Below, piece by piece: positions 15,282 to 20,000 of a DNA stretch of 20,000 bases. The notes beneath the pieces are model-generated. The model did not search any database. It was not told the DNA's origin and was given only the letters and a program-made list of their open reading frames with translations. A program made the translations under genes and the position numbers. The stretch's first letter is position 1; each line of letters starts with the position of its first letter. Source of the stretch: an uncultured virus (IMG/VR IMGVR_UViG_3300028581_001913) (taxonomy: Duplodnaviria > Heunggongvirae > Uroviricota > Caudoviricetes); the IMG/VR virus record IMGVR_UViG_3300028581_001913. One strand, written 5' to 3'.

Positions 15282-15571
15282 TGCAAGATTTTTATTTTGA
15301 AAAGACCCGTGACAGTGTAGATGATGACTGGCCTGAGAGTTTTACTTTAAACGACCTTGCCAAAGCATTGAATGTGGAACGGGTTAGTTATAGAATCTAC
15401 TATAGTAAGGACAATCTCACATTGCGATTATTTGTGTTTCGTGCTCACTGTACGCCTACCGAAATGGAAACAATGGCAAGCATGGGGTTTGTGTTTGCTA
15501 ATGATGGTGATACAGAAAATATCCCTGACCAACCTATTGAAGAAAAAATTGAAGAAGGTGTTGAACTATGA
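15278..15571 (+). CDS. Acidic hypothetical protein
   Basis: 97 aa; ATGA overlaps at both ends. Confidence 0.65.
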   Translation: MMQDFYFEKTRDSVDDDWPESFTLNDLAKALNVERVSYRIYYSKDNLTLRLFVFRAHCTPTEMETMASMGFVFANDGDTENIPDQPIEEKIEEGVEL

Positions 15572-15918
15572 AATGGTTTGCTGAAACTACAGAATGGCCG
15601 GATGCCAAGTCGGACAATCATATCTACTTGTTGGACGACTCAAAGAGCAAGATGTTTGCTTATGTCAAGCATGGTCGGGGACTGCCCGAAAAGTTCAGAA
15701 AACCCATTCGTATTGACATCCGTGGACGCAAGTTCCGACTCAATCCCGAGCAGTTCGCAATTGACGTTGAGGCCGAAGTGCCAGAAGGACGTGTGACCGA
15801 AGTGCAAGGCAGCCGAGGTGATGTGTACAAGGTCACTGAATTGCGTGGCGAATGGTCATGCACCTGTTCAGGATTCAAATTCCGTGGCGACTGCAAGCAT
15901 ATCAAAGGTGTGCAATGA
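15568..15918 (+). CDS. SWIM zinc-finger protein
   Basis: GSRGDVYKV...WSCTCSGFKFRGDCKH (CxC...CxH). Confidence 0.8.
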   Translation: MKWFAETTEWPDAKSDNHIYLLDDSKSKMFAYVKHGRGLPEKFRKPIRIDIRGRKFRLNPEQFAIDVEAEVPEGRVTEVQGSRGDVYKVTELRGEWSCTCSGFKFRGDCKHIKGVQ

Positions 15919-16256
15919 TTGATTGGCGAAACAAAGACCTGCGCAACATAGGCATGGAACTGTCCTTGGAAACGCAAGAGAGCATGGAAAATTATTTGCT
16001 ACGTGGCTGGGCTCCAGGCGGCTATGTAGAAAGCATGCTGGCGCATGATTATGAACGTGCGTTTTTTGTGGCAGACATTGGCAACCGACAGACCATTTGG
16101 GCATTATGGCGTTGGATTACAGAAGGTGCACCTGCCCTGTGCCACGGCAGTTATGAGGCTGTTGGCATGTGGCGTTATGATCTTGGTGGCCGCAGAACGG
16201 ATTACGTAAAAGATTTGGAACAGCAGGCAATCTGGCAAAAGTTGTCAACAGTTTAG
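15915..16256 (+). CDS. Hypothetical phage protein
   Basis: Start re-assigned to ATG 15915 (ATGA overlap, AAGGTG SD); 113 aa. Confidence 0.7.
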   Translation: MIDWRNKDLRNIGMELSLETQESMENYLLRGWAPGGYVESMLAHDYERAFFVADIGNRQTIWALWRWITEGAPALCHGSYEAVGMWRYDLGGRRTDYVKDLEQQAIWQKLSTV

Positions 16257-16266
16257 CCAAAACTTG

Positions 16267-16295
16267 TTGCATAGCATTACAGACCCGTGTATACT
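16267..16295 (+). promoter_or_regulatory. Sigma70-type promoter
   Basis: TTGCAT, 17 bp, TATACT. Confidence 0.6.
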
Positions 16296-16340
16296 TGTGG
16301 AATGCTGTATGTCACAGCTATTTTTTAAAAGGAACTTTTT

Positions 16341-16607
16341 ATGACAATCAATCCAGGAACCAAAACTTACAAGTTGTTCTCTGCTCTCAGCAACGGCGAG
16401 CGTGTCTCCGCCAGCCAAGCCCACAAGCGTTTTGGCATCAAAAACATTTCGGCTGAAGTCAGCCGTGTTCGTCAAGCAGGTTTTGCTGTGTACGCAAACA
16501 CACGCAAAGCTGGCAATGGTGTTCAAGTGACCGAGTATCGCATTGGTGCTCCAAGCCGCAAATTGGTTGCCGCTGGTTACCGAGCAATGGCCTTGGGCCT
16601 CGTTTAA
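16341..16607 (+). CDS. Winged helix-turn-helix DNA-binding protein
   Basis: Basic 88 aa: VSASQAHKRFGIKNISAEVSRVRQAGFAVY followed by a beta-wing YRIG. Has its own promoter and terminator. Confidence 0.7.
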   Translation: MTINPGTKTYKLFSALSNGERVSASQAHKRFGIKNISAEVSRVRQAGFAVYANTRKAGNGVQVTEYRIGAPSRKLVAAGYRAMALGLV

Positions 16608-16632
16608 TACTCCGTTCGGTGGTATTTTCCTC

Positions 16633-16656
16633 AAGCCGGTGCAATGCCGGCTTTTT
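16633..16656 (+). terminator. Rho-independent terminator
   Basis: AAGCCGG-TGCAATG-CCGGCTT plus T-run. Confidence 0.8.
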
Positions 16657-16657
16657 C

Positions 16658-16686
16658 TTGACCATTAATTCCATATCGTGTATAAT
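16658..16686 (+). promoter_or_regulatory. Early sigma70-type promoter (probably leaderless transcript)
   Basis: TTGACC, 17 bp, TATAAT; ATG at 16692 is 6 nt downstream, with no SD. Confidence 0.8.
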
Positions 16687-16691
16687 ACACT

Positions 16692-17156
16692 ATGATTAAA
16701 AAACTCTTGGAACGTTGGAATCGGCACCGTGTGATCATGGATAGGGTGAATGGCGAGCCGTACCTGGAACGCTACTATGTGTTTCTCAGGCACAGAAATC
16801 GATTTCCATTCAACATCTTTGTGCATAAATTTTTGAAGTCTGACCCAGACGATGTGCATGATCATCCCTGGCCTTACTTTACCATCATATTAAAAGGTGG
16901 TTACTGGGAGTGGATTCCGGTGTTCAATATTCGTGGTGCCAAAATACATGAGTATTGTGTGTGGCGCAGGCCCGGCAGTTTTAGATTTGCACGAGCTGAC
17001 TCGTATCACCGAATTGAATTGGACCCTGATGTGGAATGTTGGACCTTGTTCATGCCCGGTGTCAAACAACGTGACTGGGGTTTCCTGGTCCAAGATCAAT
17101 GGGTGCAGTGGCAAGAATATTTGACACAGCGTAAAAGTCAACAAAACTTAAAGTAA
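16692..17156 (+). CDS. Cupin-fold metalloprotein
   Basis: DVHDHPW...GGYWE...YHRI, the HxH/E/H cupin pattern. Confidence 0.7.
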   Translation: MIKKLLERWNRHRVIMDRVNGEPYLERYYVFLRHRNRFPFNIFVHKFLKSDPDDVHDHPWPYFTIILKGGYWEWIPVFNIRGAKIHEYCVWRRPGSFRFARADSYHRIELDPDVECWTLFMPGVKQRDWGFLVQDQWVQWQEYLTQRKSQQNLK

Positions 17157-17160
17157 ATAT

Positions 17161-17568
17161 ATGACAGACATAGGACAGGCTCTCATGGAATTTGGCGACT
17201 TTTTGATTTGGTTTGGCATTTGTTGGGTAATCACCAACCTGGTATTGGGTCTGTTGGCATTCTTGTTTCGTCGACACATCGAACATTCAATGGAGTTGGA
17301 ACTAGCCGGGGTGAGTAAGGCCTTGGATGAAGAACGACTGATTGCACTTACTGTAGAAGTTGACCACAATCAGTATTTCTGTTATAATAGTATTACCAAG
17401 GACTTTGTGTGTCAGGGTTCGGACTTGACGGAAATACGCAAACGGTTTAGGGCTAGATACCCCGACAAAGATGCGGCTATTTACGATGGTGACGAATCCG
17501 CAGTGGCTACATTGAAATTGCAACTGAAAGAACTAAAGAAACAAAATGAAAATAGCATTGGCGTCTGA
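17161..17568 (+). CDS. Membrane-anchored hypothetical protein
   Basis: N-terminal TM segment; 135 aa. Confidence 0.65.
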   Translation: MTDIGQALMEFGDFLIWFGICWVITNLVLGLLAFLFRRHIEHSMELELAGVSKALDEERLIALTVEVDHNQYFCYNSITKDFVCQGSDLTEIRKRFRARYPDKDAAIYDGDESAVATLKLQLKELKKQNENSIGV

Positions 17569-18379
17569 CATACACCTGGAATTTGGTGACCTAGACTTTG
17601 ACAACGACAGCGGTGCTGACGTGTTGATCCTGGGTGGTGACATCTGTGTGGCCTCGGACATCACACAACGCGACACTGCCAACATCATGGGCGAACAATA
17701 TCGTAACAATCGTTTCCATGATTTCTTCCAGCGATGTTGTGATCGTTTTCCACATGTGATTTTCATTGTGGGCAATCACGAACACTATCACGGCGATTTT
17801 GCCAAGACTGTGCCACATTTCAAAGATGTCTTGGGCTATTTGCCTAACTTGCACATTTTGGAAAAAGAGACCTGGGTACTGGATGACATCACGTTCATTG
17901 GCGGTACCTTGTGGACTGACATGAACCGGCGTGATAACAGAACCTTGCATGATATTTCACGCATGATGAATGATTTTCGTTGTGTAGACAACAGTGCCAA
18001 AACTGAAGATCATCGTGGTTGGCCAGGGCGTTTTACCACTACAGATGCAGCCAATGATCATGACGCCATGGTGACATTTATTGACCAAACCATTGCAGCC
18101 AATCCTGCCGGACGCTATGTTGTGGTGGGGCATCATGCACCTAGCAAACTGAGTACTCATCCAAGATATCAAGACCAGTTCATCATGAATGGTGGCTACA
18201 GTAGTCAACTGGATGACTTTATTCAGGATCATCCACAGATCCGATTGTGGACACATGGTCACACACACGAGGATTTTGATTACCGGATTGGCTCATGTCG
18301 AATCCTGTGCAACCCAAGAGGCTATGTCAACTATGAAGAAAGGGCAGACACATGGCGACTGAAAACAGTGGAAGTTTAA
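17546..18379 (+). CDS. Calcineurin-like metallophosphoesterase
   Basis: SDIH, GGD, GNHE, GHHAP and HGHTH motifs. Confidence 0.92.
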   Translation: MKIALASDIHLEFGDLDFDNDSGADVLILGGDICVASDITQRDTANIMGEQYRNNRFHDFFQRCCDRFPHVIFIVGNHEHYHGDFAKTVPHFKDVLGYLPNLHILEKETWVLDDITFIGGTLWTDMNRRDNRTLHDISRMMNDFRCVDNSAKTEDHRGWPGRFTTTDAANDHDAMVTFIDQTIAANPAGRYVVVGHHAPSKLSTHPRYQDQFIMNGGYSSQLDDFIQDHPQIRLWTHGHTHEDFDYRIGSCRILCNPRGYVNYEERADTWRLKTVEV

Positions 18380-18561
18380 AAAATTGGTTGCGTTATTCAG
18401 GATTTAGTGTTATAATCTTAGGCAATCCCTGCCATTGGAGTCTACTGCCCTGGGCACGGCAGGAAGCCAATGACGGATGGCCCAGTCCCAACAGTCGCAC
18501 ATGGTGTGTGGGTTGGATGTTTTTAACCGTAAGAATGTGGATTGATGATGGAAGCTGGTAA
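18352..18561 (+). CDS. Trp-rich hypothetical protein
   Basis: 69 aa, fills the gap between neighbours with overlaps. Confidence 0.5.
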   Translation: MATENSGSLKNWLRYSGFSVIILGNPCHWSLLPWARQEANDGWPSPNSRTWCVGWMFLTVRMWIDDGSW

Positions 18562-18754
18562 AACAAAAACTCGTTTTGACTTTGAACAAGAAATCTTGCA
18601 TGCATGGCAAGTGCTGGAGGATATCAAAATGTTGAGTGCCCGTGCAGGCACCACACAAGAAGACTGGGACGCAGTGTATCGACTGTATCAAATTCGTTTT
18701 GAAACCCTGTTTGAAACATTTGAAAACTTGATTCGCGACAGCAAGATACTGTGA
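18545..18754 (+). CDS. Hypothetical phage protein
   Basis: RFDFEQEILHAWQV...LYQIRFETLFETFE, helical. Start at ATG 18545 or 18548. Confidence 0.65.
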   Translation: MMEAGKTKTRFDFEQEILHAWQVLEDIKMLSARAGTTQEDWDAVYRLYQIRFETLFETFENLIRDSKIL

Positions 18755-18948
18755 GCAAGTCCATAACGTTGACACGTGAGCAAGTGTCAAAGATCACCAC
18801 ATGGGTGGCCTTGAATGAATATGTGACACAGATACGCATTGTGGAAAAGTTCACCACAGGCATTGGCCCAGATGTCATGGTGTATTTCATGGACAAAAAT
18901 CAACGTGTGTGGAATGAAATGGACATAACTGATGTGTCAACTTGGTAA
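18751..18948 (+). CDS. Hypothetical protein
   Basis: GTG start overlapping the upstream TGA; C-terminal DITDVSTW. Confidence 0.6.
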   Translation: MSKSITLTREQVSKITTWVALNEYVTQIRIVEKFTTGIGPDVMVYFMDKNQRVWNEMDITDVSTW

Positions 18949-18957
18949 GGAGCAACC

Positions 18958-19047
18958 ATGATCGAAGCAATTGTTATCACAGTAATTTTAGTGGCGGTGA
19001 TTTATTTCATTATCACAACCATAGAAAAAATGAAGGATGACGAATGA
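18958..19047 (+). CDS. 29-aa single-TM microprotein MIEAIVITVILVAVIYFIITTIEKMKDDE (not in ORF track)
   Basis: TAAGGAG SD, ATG 18958, TGA overlapping the next ATG. Confidence 0.65.
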   Translation: MIEAIVITVILVAVIYFIITTIEKMKDDE

Positions 19048-19256
19048 ATGAAAAGTTTCGACTGTTGGCCTTGGAGGCCAAGATGGGCACTGCTGACTTT
19101 GATGCAGGATCATACTATGTGGCCACGCCAGCAATGATGCAACAGTTGTGCGAATTGATTGTGCGGGAATGTGCCAAGGTTGCTGACGAACCTACAAGTG
19201 AACCCCATAGTTCCTATGGCTTGAAAATTAAAAAACATTTTGAGGTTGAACAATGA
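19044..19256 (+). CDS. Hypothetical phage protein
   Basis: MNEKFRLLA...ELIVRECAKV...IKKHF pattern; ATGA coupling. Confidence 0.7.
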   Translation: MNEKFRLLALEAKMGTADFDAGSYYVATPAMMQQLCELIVRECAKVADEPTSEPHSSYGLKIKKHFEVEQ

Positions 19257-19978
19257 AGATTTACATCAGCGGATATAGAGATCACTGGATCTCACCTTAC
19301 ACCATGTTGGACTATGTGTTCTTTTGGACTGACTGGTCAAAGTGTTCTCGATGGACTGTGGAACAAAGTCTTGAAGATCACCGCCGAGAAAAGTCTTTGT
19401 TTGTGGAACGTCCTGACTGGTGTGAAAAGTGGGCTGACCGTCTTACACCCATCAGCCGGGGCATCATGTGGGTGTTGGATCTTGTACATCCTGCCATCAA
19501 GTATGTGAAGATTGACCGCTATGATACCTGGAGCATGGATCATACTCTTGCTGACATTGTGTTGCCCATGCTGAAGCAATTGAAAAAAGACAAGCATGGT
19601 GCCCCGTTTGTGGATGATGAAGATGTGCCCGAACACCTGCGTAGCACTGCCGCCCCGCCCAAAGAAAACGAATATGACACTGATGCCAACCACTTTGCTC
19701 GTTGGGACTGGGTCATGGATGAAATGATCTTTGCGTTTGAGTGCAAGGTAGATGACTCCTGGCAAGATGCTTTCCATGAAGGTGAGCATGACCTGCTTTG
19801 GGTGCCAGTGGACCGAGACGGCAATGAAGTGCCCAAAGGTGAACACAAGTACTATCAAATGGCACACGGTCCCAAGGACACCTACAAGTGCGATTATGAT
19901 GGCATGCGAATGGTAGAAACACGCATTCAAAACGGCTTTCGACTGTTTGGAAAATATTTTTCGGCGCTTTGGGATTAG
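19253..19978 (+). CDS. Hypothetical phage protein
   Basis: 241 aa; KIDRYDTWSMDHTLA, WDWVMDEMIFAF, GFRLFGKYF; ATGA coupling. Confidence 0.8.
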   Translation: MKIYISGYRDHWISPYTMLDYVFFWTDWSKCSRWTVEQSLEDHRREKSLFVERPDWCEKWADRLTPISRGIMWVLDLVHPAIKYVKIDRYDTWSMDHTLADIVLPMLKQLKKDKHGAPFVDDEDVPEHLRSTAAPPKENEYDTDANHFARWDWVMDEMIFAFECKVDDSWQDAFHEGEHDLLWVPVDRDGNEVPKGEHKYYQMAHGPKDTYKCDYDGMRMVETRIQNGFRLFGKYFSALWD

Positions 19979-20000
19979 TCCCACAATGTTAGATAGATAA

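Noticed and set aside
6787..16686. Repeated TTGACC...TGCTATAAT as CRISPR repeats or attC sites
   Set aside because: Spacing is irregular and gene-sized, spacers vary, and there is no palindromic repeat or cas/integrase gene. The geometry matches sigma70 promoters.
19337..19984. 215-aa minus-strand ORF, and similar antisense ORFs such as 2050-2539, 9609-10001 and 17591-18268
   Set aside because: They lie antisense to well-supported genes and have no motifs or RBS.
1..20000. Stop-codon reassignment (alternative genetic code)
   Set aside because: Recognisable enzymes are full length under code 11, and TAA, TAG and TGA all occur as apparent stops.

Overview
Gene-dense 20 kb segment with no rRNA, tRNA or CRISPR array. 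It reads as an accessory region of a large, T4-like/jumbo-type tailed phage. The basis for that inference is many short orphan ORFs, repeated near-consensus sigma70 'early' promoters, TAAATA/TAAGTA 'late'-type motifs, a free-standing NUMOD4-HNH endonuclease and host-like auxiliary genes. Left to right it contains: (1) a sugar-modification cluster (GT-like protein, UDP-sugar 6-dehydrogenase, 2OG-Fe(II) oxygenase, amidinotransferase); (2) UvsE UV-damage endonuclease; (3) small membrane proteins, the HNH endonuclease and a phasin-like gene preceded by a PhaR-box-like motif; (4) promoter-bounded early gene cassettes, some apparently leaderless, including four consecutive exported/lipoprotein genes; (5) two different ClpP genes flanking a PD-(D/E)xK nuclease-like protein; (6) an asparagine-synthetase-like ATP pyrophosphatase convergent with a radical SAM enzyme that has two tiny ORFs directly upstream; (7) a run of early genes (SWIM finger, winged helix, cupin, metallophosphoesterase, hypotheticals). 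The best candidates for undescribed biology are the amidinotransferase-containing sugar pathway, the PhaR-box/phasin-like unit, the radical SAM plus 30-aa Tyr-rich peptide locus, and the promoter-cassette architecture. All family assignments are from motif recognition by eye; no database search was run.
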